A DNA stretch of 58,940 nucleotides, the filler included. It is 4 parts of 4 records of this genome, joined end to end, with 100 filler letters (N's around TTAATTAATTAA, not from the genome) between each part and the next. Parts side by side here need not be neighbours in the genome. Positions count along the whole stretch, not along the records: positions 1 to 12,052 come from SRR20825019_255; 3 more parts are not named here. The stretch is one strand, 5' to 3'. The notes under the pieces are model-generated. The model searched no databases, was not told the DNA's origin, and saw only the letters and a program-made list of their open reading frames with translations. Within the stretch, counting starts at the first letter, position 1, and every line of letters starts with the position of its first letter. This document shows positions 1-9,671 of this stretch, one piece after another. The position numbers and the translations under genes were made by a program.

Positions 1-228
1 CTCCCTGCCGCCATTGAAGAAATAGGTGACATGCGGATACTTCTCTGACTCTGCAAGGCGCAGCCGCGTGCGTTCGGCGAGCGCTACTGTCTCGCCCAGT
101 CCATTGGCGATGGTTTGCGGCGCGAACAGGCGTTCTGGCCACGGGTCAAGCTCGTCCCCATAATGCGTCATACTGACGGCTGCTGACAGTTTCGGCGCCT
201 GGCGTTAGAACTCATCGAAATCAGATCC
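1..228 (-). pseudogene. gpmI: Internal fragment of 2,3-bisphosphoglycerate-independent phosphoglycerate mutase, 5'-truncated with an in-frame stop
   Basis: Manual translation of minus strand: SDFDEF*RQAPKLSAAVSMTHYGDELDPWPERLFAPQTIANGLGETVALAERTRLRLAESEKYPHVTYFFNGGRE. AE(T/S)EKYPHVT(F/Y)FFNGG is the iPGM motif. TAA at 207-205; the N-terminal half is absent; runs off the window edge. Confidence 0.8.
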
Positions 229-606
229 AGCCGACTTCTGCTGGCCCTGGACTAGGTCTGGTCGGCCGAGCCGTGGACGTCAATCGTATCGAGAATTTTG
301 TTCGGCACCGTGAGACCTGGCTTCGCCAGGTCGTGTTTGACGTGGGTCAAGGCGCGCGCTCAAGGCCCTGAGCGAGCTGATCCGACGCAAGCATGTCCAC
401 TTTGGCACGAACTTGCCCAAGGCGATCGATGCCTTGGTGAAGAAATGGCGTGAGCTAACTGACGCCGGTGAGACACCTCTCCTTATTGGCCGCACCAACG
501 ATCAACTGCGGCAGATTTCACATGCGGTAAGTCTTGACCGACGCGCCCCCGGTGAATTGGGCGAGCTTGAAATAACCTTCAACGGACGCCTTCCGAATGG
601 CGAGAA
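213..606 (+). pseudogene. Frameshifted relic of a conjugative relaxase (TraA/MobF-type) RecD-like helicase domain
   Basis: One frame reads RNQIQPTSAGPGLGLVGRAVDVNRIENFVRHRETWLRQVVFDVGQG. After a shift near 350 it reads ALKALSELIRRKHVHFGTNLPKAIDALVKKW...PLLIGRTNDQLRQIS...GELG. This resembles TraA motifs (QLQ.I.AG, RQ...W.R, L..TN..V..LN). Confidence 0.6.
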
Positions 607-839
607 CGCTTTGACACGCTTCATGCGCGATCCGTGCCGCCGCTACCCGAACGCTCGAAATCAGGCGGTTTCCGACTCAATCGCCCTCGTATTATCCCTT
701 CAGCGTTCTGCAATCACCGGCCACTGACGCATCGAACAAGCCTCGGACAGTTGGCGCCACCACACCAACGCTGTTGGCGTGACGACAAGGAGCGTGATAG
801 GGAGGCGTCCAACATTCTGCCACGAGGTTTATCGCCCAC

Positions 840-1601
840 ATGAGCAAAATCTGCGTGGTGACGAGCGAAACACCGGCTGCCGAGGCAGCCGCCACCCGAT
901 TGCGCGAGCGCTATGGAGATTATTCCATAGGCGAAGCCGACCTCGTGGTCGCCCTTGGCGGCGACGGCCTGATGCTGCAAACGCTGCACAAGGTCATGGG
1001 CCGCACCATTCCCGTCTACGGAATGAATTTCGGCTCCGTGGGATTTCTGATGAACGCCTTCAGCGAAGAAGACCTGCCAGAACGTCTCGATGCCAGTCAG
1101 CGCACTCAGATTTATCCCCTGGCCATGGACGTGCTGGATGCTTCCGGCGGCCGGCAGACGGCCCTTGCCATCAACGAAGTGTCCCTTTTCCGCTCCACCT
1201 ACCAGGCCGCCAAGCTGCAGATCTCTGTGGACGACGAGGTGCGCCTTGAGGAACTGATCTGTGATGGCGCATTGTTGGCGACACCGGCTGGGTCCACGGC
1301 CTACAATCTGTCCGCTCACGGCCCCATTCTGCCCATCGAGGCGCCCCTGCTGGCCCTGACACCGATTTCGCCTTTTCGCCCCCGCCGCTGGCGCGGTGCA
1401 ATTCTGTCCAATCGCGCCGTGGTCAAGTTTGTCGCGCATGAAGCGAACAAGCGCCCGGTCAGCGCTGTGGCTGACAATGTCGAATTCCACAACGTGCTCG
1501 AAGTCACCGTCCGCGAGGACCGCTCACATGGCGTAACGCTGCTGTTTGATCCGGGCACAAGCCTCGAAGAGCGGGTATTGAGCGAACAGTTCCGCTTCTA
1601 G
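840..1601 (+). CDS. nadK: NAD kinase
   Basis: GGDG motif, NE motif (AINEV), [18 protein letters not shown]. Confidence 0.95.
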   Translation: MSKICVVTSETPAAEAAATRLRERYGDYSIGEADLVVALGGDGLMLQTLHKVMGRTIPVYGMNFGSVGFLMNAFSEEDLPERLDASQRTQIYPLAMDVLDASGGRQTALAINEVSLFRSTYQAAKLQISVDDEVRLEELICDGALLATPAGSTAYNLSAHGPILPIEAPLLALTPISPFRPRRWRGAILSNRAVVKFVAHEANKRPVSAVADNVEFHNVLEVTVREDRSHGVTLLFDPGTSLEERVLSEQFRF

Positions 1602-1679
1602 GCCGCGCTCCCCCCCCAATTTCTAAAACATTTCAATGCATTGAAGCGGTCGGGCGATTCTTTTTCTCAGCACAGAATG

Positions 1680-2885
1680 CTAGGCGGCCGGGAGCTGCAT
1701 GGGTATGGGTCCGGCAGCGGGTGGCAACGACAATTCCGCCTGGCTCGACCGGGCAAATGCTGCCATGACACCGCGCGCGGCCTGACGCGCCAAAGCGATA
1801 TTCTGCTCGTTGAGATAGCAGAACACTTCTTCAAGCTCGGCGGGAATGTCGCCTTCAAACTCGGCAATCAGTTCTTCGGTCAGCACGGTGATGACATAGT
1901 GGCGCGCAGCTGCGTCGTCGGCCAGATCAGTTATGCGGGCATGCATGACCAGGCGAACCAGCAGACCGCTGACCGTGCCAGGCAGCCCACAACGAGCGAA
2001 CAAGGCCCCAAGAGCCGCACGGCTGCCGCTCTCGAGCAGGGTAAAGACCTTATCGGCGCTGGAATTGGCCAGCCCGGCGATACAGGCGGCAAAAAACATC
2101 ACCCGCCCGGTGACCATGGCGTGGAGCAGCAATCTGGCATTGACCTGATCCGCCCCCATAAGGCTATCGACATAAGCTGCCCTGCCCTCGACCACGTCGG
2201 ATTCGCCAATGACGGCAGTGGCTGTATCAGCGCCATCCCGCAAAAGCCGGCTTAGCCGATCAGGGTTCAGCGCGCCCTTGACTATTCGGCAGGCGCGCAG
2301 GCTGGCGGTGACCTGATGAACCAGGACCAGCCGCGAGCTGCCCGGCAATTCCTTGCGGGCGAGCAAAGCACCACGCAGTTCGGCATCGTCTCCCTGGCTT
2401 CGCGCAAGCTGATCGAGCACCGCTGCTTCCAGACGCACATCCTCGCGGCGCAGAAGGCGCAGGGTCAATGCGCGATCCGCCTTGCCGATCAGGGCCGAAG
2501 CCAGCCGTGGGCTGATGCTGGCGCGTTGCGCCACGGCAGTCATCGCCATGATGTCCCCGCGGGCAACAATGGGATGAAGGTCCGCTTCTACCAGCACCGG
2601 AGAGTATTGCAGCACGGCACGCGCAATCACGGCGCTGTCCTGCAACAGCGAAAGGATGACGGAACGAGGCGCTTGATGCGAATGCAGCAGGCCATAGGCC
2701 AAGGCCGCGCGCACCTTGACCGAGCTATCGTCGAGAAAGCCAATCAGCGCGGCGTAGAGTGCAGCATGCTCATCCGCCGGCCCGCTATGATCCAGATAGG
2801 CCAAGGCAGCCAGATGGGCGGCATGCCCTCTTTCATCACTGTCCTTCGACTGTGACAGCTCAGCAAATGCCTCGTAGCCAATCAT
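1680..2885 (-). CDS. DUF2336 domain-containing protein
   Basis: LDD.S.KVRAALA..L.....APR, IARAVLQYSPVL..ADL typical of DUF2336; ATG at 2885 preceded by GGAG. Confidence 0.8.
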   Translation of the reverse strand: MIGYEAFAELSQSKDSDERGHAAHLAALAYLDHSGPADEHAALYAALIGFLDDSSVKVRAALAYGLLHSHQAPRSVILSLLQDSAVIARAVLQYSPVLVEADLHPIVARGDIMAMTAVAQRASISPRLASALIGKADRALTLRLLRREDVRLEAAVLDQLARSQGDDAELRGALLARKELPGSSRLVLVHQVTASLRACRIVKGALNPDRLSRLLRDGADTATAVIGESDVVEGRAAYVDSLMGADQVNARLLLHAMVTGRVMFFAACIAGLANSSADKVFTLLESGSRAALGALFARCGLPGTVSGLLVRLVMHARITDLADDAAARHYVITVLTEELIAEFEGDIPAELEEVFCYLNEQNIALARQAARGVMAAFARSSQAELSLPPAAGPIPMQLPAA

Positions 2886-2927
2886 TCCATACTCCGCACC
2901 AGTGCAGAGGAAGCTAGCGGCCAAACT

Positions 2928-2943
2928 TTAAGGAACGGTTCAC
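2928..2943. promoter_or_regulatory. Putative CtrA box (1 mismatch) upstream of DUF2336 gene
   Basis: TTAA-GGAACGG-TTCAC versus consensus TTAA-N7-TTAAC, about 45 nt upstream of the start. Confidence 0.5.
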
Positions 2944-2989
2944 CATAAGTGGGCGGCGCGCGCACGCTGCATAGCGCCCAATGACGCCG

Positions 2990-3142
2990 TCAGTTCCCGC
3001 CGATGAACGAGAAGGAGATGGACAGTGCCTGCCAAGCCCCGATCAGCACCGCCCAGGACAAGAAGGCCAGGGCAAGGATAACCACGCCGCTGGGCAGATG
3101 GCTTGCTGAACGACCGCGCACAATGTGCACTGGCTCTGCCAT
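2990..3142 (-). CDS. Small (50 aa) single-pass membrane protein, absent from the ORF track
   Basis: MAEPVHIVRGRSASHLPSGVVILALAFLSWAVLIGAWQALSISFSFIGGN*; purine-rich RBS GAGGGAGAAGAATA before ATG; co-oriented with neighbours. Confidence 0.6.
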   Translation of the reverse strand: MAEPVHIVRGRSASHLPSGVVILALAFLSWAVLIGAWQALSISFSFIGGN

Positions 3143-3262
3143 TATTCTTCTCCCTCGGCCCCTTTGGGCCCATTGGACGCTCGTCGGCCAATGATTGAAC
3201 TAAACGCGCATGGATCGACTTCGCCAACCCGACCATTTGGCTTAGATCATCCAACCCCGTCC

Positions 3263-4069
3263 CTATTGCGCGTAGAGCTGGGTAAAAAACGCAGCATTCG
3301 CGTCTCCCGTTTCGTCCGCAGTCTCGGGTTCGGTCTTGAACAGGCCGGTAAAAGACATGTTTTCTTGCGAGAAACGTGAGGGAAGCGGTGGCTCGGATGA
3401 ACGCTCCGGGGCGGTGCTGGTACCAGTCAGTTGCTGGACAGCAAATCCGGCATTCTCATCCTGGCCATGCTTGGCCACCAACACCTGATAGACTTGGCGA
3501 ATGGTACGCGCCTGCCCCTCACGGTCATAAAAGATCGCCCGGTTTGCATCCGCCTGCCGCGGAAACAGGTTTACGGCTACCTGGTCGGGATTTTCCAATC
3601 CCGCTTTGAACATTTTCTCGGCCCCCCGAGCCCCCAGGAAATGGGCTATATAGAGTTCACCTGCGCTGGGCATGCGCCCGAACTCATTGCGCAGATAGTC
3701 TCCATTGGAGCGGGTAATGGCCGCGGCGAGATCGGCGGCAACCTGCGGGTTCTCTCGCAGTTTGAGGATTTGTGCCCGCGTCGAGGCATCAGCAACGACA
3801 TAGTCGCCACTTGCGGTTCGGGAAATCGCATTGGCATAGGTCTCGTAGCCCAGCCGCGGCCCGTCTTCCTTCATCACCTGCAGCCAGGTGCCTTCAAGAA
3901 ACTGGAATAGCCCTACCGCAGAAGAGGTGCTTGCACGGGCCTCGGGGTTAAGGCTGCTTTCGCGCATGGCGGTTTGCAGCAGATAGTCGAAATCCACCCC
4001 GCTGCGGTTGCCCGCTGCGTTCAGAGCATTGGCCAGGCTCTGCGAGATGGAGATGGACTGCACACCCAT
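3263..4069 (-). CDS. Lytic transglycosylase SLT-domain protein
   Basis: GVDFDYLLQTAMRESSLNPEA.ASTSSAVGLFQF..TW and ELYIAHFLG motifs. Confidence 0.9.
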   Translation of the reverse strand: MGVQSISISQSLANALNAAGNRSGVDFDYLLQTAMRESSLNPEARASTSSAVGLFQFLEGTWLQVMKEDGPRLGYETYANAISRTASGDYVVADASTRAQILKLRENPQVAADLAAAITRSNGDYLRNEFGRMPSAGELYIAHFLGARGAEKMFKAGLENPDQVAVNLFPRQADANRAIFYDREGQARTIRQVYQVLVAKHGQDENAGFAVQQLTGTSTAPERSSEPPLPSRFSQENMSFTGLFKTEPETADETGDANAAFFTQLYAQ

Positions 4070-4128
4070 GGACGGTCTTCGCGCCGAAAATCCGAGAATC
4101 AATGGCGTCACCATAGCACGAGAGCCCG

Positions 4129-4144
4129 TTAACACCCTGTTAAC
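4129..4144. promoter_or_regulatory. CtrA box (perfect) upstream of SLT gene
   Basis: TTAA-CACCCTG-TTAAC, exact TTAA-N7-TTAAC, 60 nt upstream of the ATG at 4069. Confidence 0.7.
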
Positions 4145-4322
4145 CACCAGAGTCCGCATTCGGCTCTATGGCGCCACCGGGCCCATCGCTGCTGTAAAAA
4201 TCCCTTGAAGTGCCATGCAGTAGTTTAAAACCGGAACCGATTGTGACACAGCTTTTCCCCAATCGGGGTCTAGGCCAATCTCGGATTCGGCCCTGACAAC
4301 GACGCCGCAAGCTGGAGACCAC

Positions 4323-5294
4323 ATGCGTTCGGCAAGACTATTGGCAATCCTTTTCAGCGTGGCGATGGCACTTTGCCCAATGCCGGCGGTTCAAGTCGCT
4401 TTTGCGCAGGACGCTGCCGAAATTCCCCCTCTGCCTCGCCCGCGTCCGGACAGGACTGCTCTGCCTTCACCCACGGGCGAAAGTGGGACCGAAGAGAACA
4501 CCGCGACGGAGGCGATCGCCGCCGTCTCCAGCGTGCCCCAGCCCGTCACCCTCACTGCCCGCATTACCGCCGAAGGCGCCCCGATTCCCGATGGTCTGAT
4601 CTGGCGCATCTTTGAAGGCACTCCGGACGAGAATGGTGAAATGGCCCTGGTGGCCAAGGCCGACACGGGGAATGTGCAGCTCGAATTGCCACCCGGCGAT
4701 TATGTCGTGCATGTCGCCTATGGGCAGGCGCAAATCAGTGACACCCTGTCGGTAGTGCCTGGCGCCAATATGCATGACGTTGTTCTGGAAGCTGGTGCCC
4801 TCAGGCTGAATTCGGCAGTGACGGGCGATATCCCCATTTCGCCTGCACTGCTGCATTTCGACATCTTCACCACAGGCGGCGAAACCGGCCGCGCCCTGGT
4901 GGCAGAAGACCTGCCGCCCAATGAAATTGTTACGCTCAACGCCGGCACCTACGAGATCGTCTCGCGTTTCGGCGAGATCAATGCCGTTGTGCGCGCCGAC
5001 CTCAGGGTCGAGCCGGGCCAGCTCACCGATGCAACCCTTTACCACCACGCCGCCGAAATCTCCTTCAAGCTGGTCTCGGAAGAAGCCGGCGAAGCGATCG
5101 CCGACGTCGAATGGACGGTCAAGACAGCGGAAGGCGCCACCATATTCAGCGAACGCGGCGCTTTTCCCTCCACGGTGCTGTCGGAGGGCGAGTATCTGGT
5201 GCTCGCCAAGCTCGGCGAGCAGGTCTACAACCGCCAGATTCAGGTCCAACCCGGCGGTCCACGCGAGATCGAAGTGTTGACCTCGGTCTATTGA
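4323..5294 (+). CDS. Exported protein with three repeated beta-sandwich-like modules
   Basis: Signal peptide (..VAFA/QD), P-rich linker, repeats LPPGDYVVHVAYG / LNAGTYEIVSRFG / LSEGEYLVLAKLG. Confidence 0.8.
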   Translation: MRSARLLAILFSVAMALCPMPAVQVAFAQDAAEIPPLPRPRPDRTALPSPTGESGTEENTATEAIAAVSSVPQPVTLTARITAEGAPIPDGLIWRIFEGTPDENGEMALVAKADTGNVQLELPPGDYVVHVAYGQAQISDTLSVVPGANMHDVVLEAGALRLNSAVTGDIPISPALLHFDIFTTGGETGRALVAEDLPPNEIVTLNAGTYEIVSRFGEINAVVRADLRVEPGQLTDATLYHHAAEISFKLVSEEAGEAIADVEWTVKTAEGATIFSERGAFPSTVLSEGEYLVLAKLGEQVYNRQIQVQPGGPREIEVLTSVY

Positions 5295-5417
5295 GCTTCG
5301 CGCCCCTCGCGTCCAAAGCTGTCTCAATTGCGCAACAACTTGCAGGCAGATAGGTCTTCCACTTGAATGGCGCTCGAACCGAGCCCAGATGCTTGTGCAT
5401 CAAATAGGGAGAAGACC

Positions 5418-7208
5418 ATGTCGATGAACGTGACCACTGGCGGTCGGTTGCCCGCCATAGCGGCGGCCTGCATGCTCAGTGTTGCCCTGCCCGCAACCGG
5501 TGGCCTGGCCAAGGATAAGGTCAAGACCACAGATGCCGCTCCGGTCGCGCTGGAGATGGACTATTCGGTCTCCATTCCAACCATTGATGCGGTCGGGTCT
5601 AATCTCGATGACGCCCTGCTGACGGAAATCCTCAGCGGCAAGATCGTCGAGAATGCCGAGGCCCTGTCAAACCTGGACGCGACCAGTATTGCAGTTCCCG
5701 AAATCAGGCTCAGCATTACCTCGCAATCCGATGATGAAACGCATGATGCAACGATCACCTTTTCCGATCTGATGCTCGAAGACGTGGTGGACGGCCAGGC
5801 CGGCAGCATCAGCCTGTCTGGCATCAACCTTCTGGCCGATGACGCGGACTTCTCCTTTGCCGCCATGTCAGCAGCCAATTTCGATATTGCCGGCGTCCTG
5901 GGCATTTATGGACTGGTGGACACGGACGGTCAGACTGAACTGCAGACCATCTACACAGATCTGGTGTCCGAAGGTGGCACGCTGCAATCCGAGGAAGTCA
6001 CCTGCAATATTGGTGGAGTCACCGGCGCCGAGTTCAAGGCCCGGCCGCTCCAGACCTCTTTTGTTGAGATGATGGCCATTGGCCAGGCCATGGAGGACCA
6101 GGGCGATGATGTGGATCCGGCCACCATGGGCCAGTTCCTCAAGATGTACGCCGACATCCTGACCGCGTTCGAGACGTCCGAAGTGAACTTCGACGGTTTT
6201 GACTGCAATGGATTAGACGACGATGGACGGCCGATGACCTTCGCAGTGGCCGGCATGACGATGGGCGGCATGGCCCCCGGCGTTTATCCGTCGATTGCCA
6301 TGGACGGCTTTAACATCGTCGTGGAAGGCGATGGGGCCTTCACCATGGACAGCCTTGTCATCAAGCCGATGGACCTGACTTCGACCATCGCAACGCTCGA
6401 AGCCGCACCAGATGAGGTCAGCGAGGCGTGGCTGGAAGAGAATGCCCGCGCCCTGATCCCTGCCATGGAGGGCCTCTCACTGGCAGGGCTCGACATCGAC
6501 ATCCCCGATCCGGACAATGAAGGCGCCCGTATTCAGGCCAAGGTCGGCGCATTCGACATCTCGCTTGCCAGCTACCTCAACGGCGTTCCCACCGATCTCG
6601 ACGTTTCTGCCTCCCAGATTCAGGCGGCAATCCCGCCAGGCACAGGCGATGAGACCTTCGAGCAACTGCTTGCCTTGGGCATCACCGATATCAATGCCGG
6701 ATTCCGCCTTGCCGCTGTCTGGGATGCAGCGAGCGAAACCATCGCCGTTGAGGAGGCCTCGGTTACGGGCGTCGACCTCGCCACTGTGTTGCTGGCCGGG
6801 ACGATCGCCAATGCAACCGAGGACTTGTTCGCCCTTGACATGGACGCCTCGGTCGCGGCCGGCATGGCGGTGGCCGTGCAGAACCTTGATCTGACCGTCA
6901 CTGACGCAGGCCTCTCCGACATCATTCTGGCGGTCGTCGCCGCCGAACAGGGAGCCGATCCGGCCACCCTCCGGCCGGTCTTTGCCGGGCTCGCCCAAGG
7001 CAGCGTCATCGGCATGATGGGGGGCGCGGCCGAAGCCGCCAAACTGGGCGAGGCCATCAACAGTTTTGTCGCTGGCAATGCCAAGACCCTGATGATCGGC
7101 ATCGAAGCCAAGACCGAGCCTGGACTGGGCATGATGGATTTCATGCAGGCCGAAGACGATCCCACATCGCTGCTCGGCAAGGTCAATATCAGCGCCGAGG
7201 CCAAATAA
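5418..7208 (+). CDS. Large acidic exported hypothetical protein
   Basis: About 600-aa ORF, RBS AGGGAGA before ATG 5418, signal peptide, followed by a terminator. Confidence 0.8.
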   Translation: MSMNVTTGGRLPAIAAACMLSVALPATGGLAKDKVKTTDAAPVALEMDYSVSIPTIDAVGSNLDDALLTEILSGKIVENAEALSNLDATSIAVPEIRLSITSQSDDETHDATITFSDLMLEDVVDGQAGSISLSGINLLADDADFSFAAMSAANFDIAGVLGIYGLVDTDGQTELQTIYTDLVSEGGTLQSEEVTCNIGGVTGAEFKARPLQTSFVEMMAIGQAMEDQGDDVDPATMGQFLKMYADILTAFETSEVNFDGFDCNGLDDDGRPMTFAVAGMTMGGMAPGVYPSIAMDGFNIVVEGDGAFTMDSLVIKPMDLTSTIATLEAAPDEVSEAWLEENARALIPAMEGLSLAGLDIDIPDPDNEGARIQAKVGAFDISLASYLNGVPTDLDVSASQIQAAIPPGTGDETFEQLLALGITDINAGFRLAAVWDAASETIAVEEASVTGVDLATVLLAGTIANATEDLFALDMDASVAAGMAVAVQNLDLTVTDAGLSDIILAVVAAEQGADPATLRPVFAGLAQGSVIGMMGGAAEAAKLGEAINSFVAGNAKTLMIGIEAKTEPGLGMMDFMQAEDDPTSLLGKVNISAEAK

Positions 7209-7211
7209 TCC

Positions 7212-7238
7212 AAAAGGCCACCTACGGGTGGCCTTTTT
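7212..7238. terminator. Bidirectional intrinsic terminator
   Basis: AAAAGGCCACC-TACG-GGTGGCCTTTTT between convergent genes. Confidence 0.85.
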
Positions 7239-7239
7239 C

Positions 7240-8643
7240 TTACCTTGCAGTTTCCTGGGCCGCCATTTGCATGCCCCAATCGAGCAGTTCCCGAGCGACC
7301 TCAGGTGATCCAGCCTCCACGTAGCAGCGCAACTCCGGCGCATTGCCCGATGCACGGAAATGCACCATTTCCCCGGCTTCGGTCCAGAACTGCAGCCCAT
7401 CGATTTCGGCGCGTCGTGAAATCCCCAGCGAACCGAATAACCGTGCCGCTTCGGCTTCGTCCCTCAGGCGCATCAGGAACCGGCCACTGCGTTCGCTGGA
7501 GACGTTCTGCAGCCGATCCGCCAGAGCGTGCTTGAGCGCCAGCCCTGTGACGATCCCGGATAAGGGCAAGTTGTGGCGCACGCATTCGCCCAGGGCACAC
7601 AGGATGGGCAACACAGCATCACGGGTAATTAATGGCTCCAGCGACCGACCATTGGCGACAACGCCCCGCCCCACAAAAGTGCCCCCATTGGCTTCAAAGC
7701 CAATCACGGAACCCGAGGCTCCATTGATAGCCTCGACCACGAAAGGTGAGCCAACCCGCGTGCGCAACACCTGACCAAAAAGTCCAAGTCCTTCGATTGC
7801 CGAATTGGATGTCACCGGCGTCACGACGCTTTGTGCTCCCAAATGGCGCGCCGCGAGCAAGCCCAGAACATCACCGCGAATGAACCGGCCGGTCTCGTCT
7901 ACCAGCAATGGCCGGTCGCCATCGCCATCGGCAGAAATGACCGCGTCGAGACCATATTCGCGTATCCAGCCCGCAATGGGCGCAAATACAACATCGCCAA
8001 AAGCCTCGGTATCAACGGGTACAAAGCCTTCAATCCGCCCCAGGCCGACCGTCTCGGCACCAAAGTGGCCCAACACCTGGCCCAAGATGTCGCGTGCAAC
8101 GCTAGAATGCTCGAATACGCCGATGCGCATGCCACTCAGGGCATTGGGAGGCAGCACAGATATGAACCGCTCGAAATAGCGCTCGCCGGCCTGCTCCGAC
8201 TGGTTGACAGGATCATCATCACGGTCGCCGATGATTTCTTCATTCAGCGCCGCCAAAATTCCGGCTTCGTCGGCCTTGCTGATCTCACCTGCCGGCCCAT
8301 AGAATTTCAGGCCATTGCGGTCGGCCGGAATATGGCTGCCGGTCACCATGATCGCTGCCCCGTCATTAGCCTGGGCATGTAATGCCAATGCCGGCGTCGG
8401 CAAGGCACCACAATCGACGGGGACCAGACCAGCCGCCGCCACGGCAACAGCACAATCCTGGGCGATATCCCGGCTCGACGATCGGAAGTCCCGGCCCAGA
8501 TAAACACGCTGGGTCGGCGCCTCGGTATTCTGACCGAGGTAGCGCAGGAATGCCGCCGTATACTGGCGGGCCGCCTGCCCCTGCAACTCGACCGCCAGGC
8601 CGCGCAAGCCGCTGGTTCCGAACTTGAGACTAGACTGGCTCAT
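7240..8643 (-). CDS. Phosphomannomutase/phosphoglucomutase
   Basis: KFGTSGLRG, TGSHIP (phospho-Ser), DGDGDR metal loop, GFEANGG, RASGNAPE. Confidence 0.93.
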   Translation of the reverse strand: MSQSSLKFGTSGLRGLAVELQGQAARQYTAAFLRYLGQNTEAPTQRVYLGRDFRSSSRDIAQDCAVAVAAAGLVPVDCGALPTPALALHAQANDGAAIMVTGSHIPADRNGLKFYGPAGEISKADEAGILAALNEEIIGDRDDDPVNQSEQAGERYFERFISVLPPNALSGMRIGVFEHSSVARDILGQVLGHFGAETVGLGRIEGFVPVDTEAFGDVVFAPIAGWIREYGLDAVISADGDGDRPLLVDETGRFIRGDVLGLLAARHLGAQSVVTPVTSNSAIEGLGLFGQVLRTRVGSPFVVEAINGASGSVIGFEANGGTFVGRGVVANGRSLEPLITRDAVLPILCALGECVRHNLPLSGIVTGLALKHALADRLQNVSSERSGRFLMRLRDEAEAARLFGSLGISRRAEIDGLQFWTEAGEMVHFRASGNAPELRCYVEAGSPEVARELLDWGMQMAAQETAR

Positions 8644-9657
8644 CTAGCGCGCCGTCTTCAGGGCATGGTCACGGAACCAGCTGACGAAGCGGTCGATCCC
8701 CTCGTCCAATGGGGTATTGGGCAACTGGCCGATCAGCGTCTGTAAAAGCGCCGTGTCCGCTTGGGTAGCAACCACATCGCCCGGCTGCATAGGCAACATA
8801 TTGAGCTTGGCCTTGATGCCCATGGCACGCTCGAGAGCCGCAATGAAATCCATCAACTCGACTGGACGGCCGCCGCCAATATTGAGCAGCCGATATGGGG
8901 CCACCGCCGAAAGGCTGTCTCCAGCCACCGATTGCCCCAAAACAGGCGGCCTGTCCATGATTGCCACCATCGTCGTCACCAGGTCCGAGACATAGGTGAA
9001 ATCGCGCCGCATGCGCCCATGGCCATAAACATCAATGGGATCGCCCGCAGCAAGGGCATGGGCGAACTTCAGAATGGCCATATCCGGCCGGCCATAAGGA
9101 CCATAGACGGTGAAGAACCGCACACAGGTCGAAGGGATCGACCAAAGGTGCGAATAGGAATGCACCAGCGCCTCGCCCGACTTCTTGGTCGCGGCATAGA
9201 GCGAAAGCGGTGAGTCGGCCCGATCAATTTCTGCGTAGGGCATCGTCGGATTGCCACCATAGACCGAACTGGTAGACGCAAAGATCAGGTGCTTCGGCGG
9301 ATGCTTGCGCAGCGCCTCAAGGAGATTGGCCGTACCAACCACATTTGATTGAATGTAGCTCTGCGGATTTTCAATGCTGTAGCGGACGCCGGGTTGCGCT
9401 GCCAGGTGGAACACGACCTCGGCTCCAGCCTCGTCGACAAAGCCCTCAAGCGCCGCCGCATCGGTCAGGTCGACTTGGCCAAAATCAAAGCCTTTCTGTC
9501 GCTGCAACAGATCCAGCCGCGTCCGCTTGAGCGCCGGATCATAATAGCTGGTGAGCGCATCCAGGCCATGGACCGTATGTCCGTCCGCCAACAGGCTCTG
9601 ACTGAGATGATAGCCGATGAAACCGGCCGCACCGGTGACGAGAATCCGCAACCCCAT
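8644..9657 (-). CDS. UDP-glucuronate 4-epimerase-like NAD-dependent epimerase
   Basis: GAAGFIG, HLAAQPGVRYS, YAATKK, RFFTVYGPYGRPDMA, PMQPGDV. Confidence 0.9.
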   Translation of the reverse strand: MGLRILVTGAAGFIGYHLSQSLLADGHTVHGLDALTSYYDPALKRTRLDLLQRQKGFDFGQVDLTDAAALEGFVDEAGAEVVFHLAAQPGVRYSIENPQSYIQSNVVGTANLLEALRKHPPKHLIFASTSSVYGGNPTMPYAEIDRADSPLSLYAATKKSGEALVHSYSHLWSIPSTCVRFFTVYGPYGRPDMAILKFAHALAAGDPIDVYGHGRMRRDFTYVSDLVTTMVAIMDRPPVLGQSVAGDSLSAVAPYRLLNIGGGRPVELMDFIAALERAMGIKAKLNMLPMQPGDVVATQADTALLQTLIGQLPNTPLDEGIDRFVSWFRDHALKTAR

Positions 9658-9671
9658 GCCTTTCTATAGCA

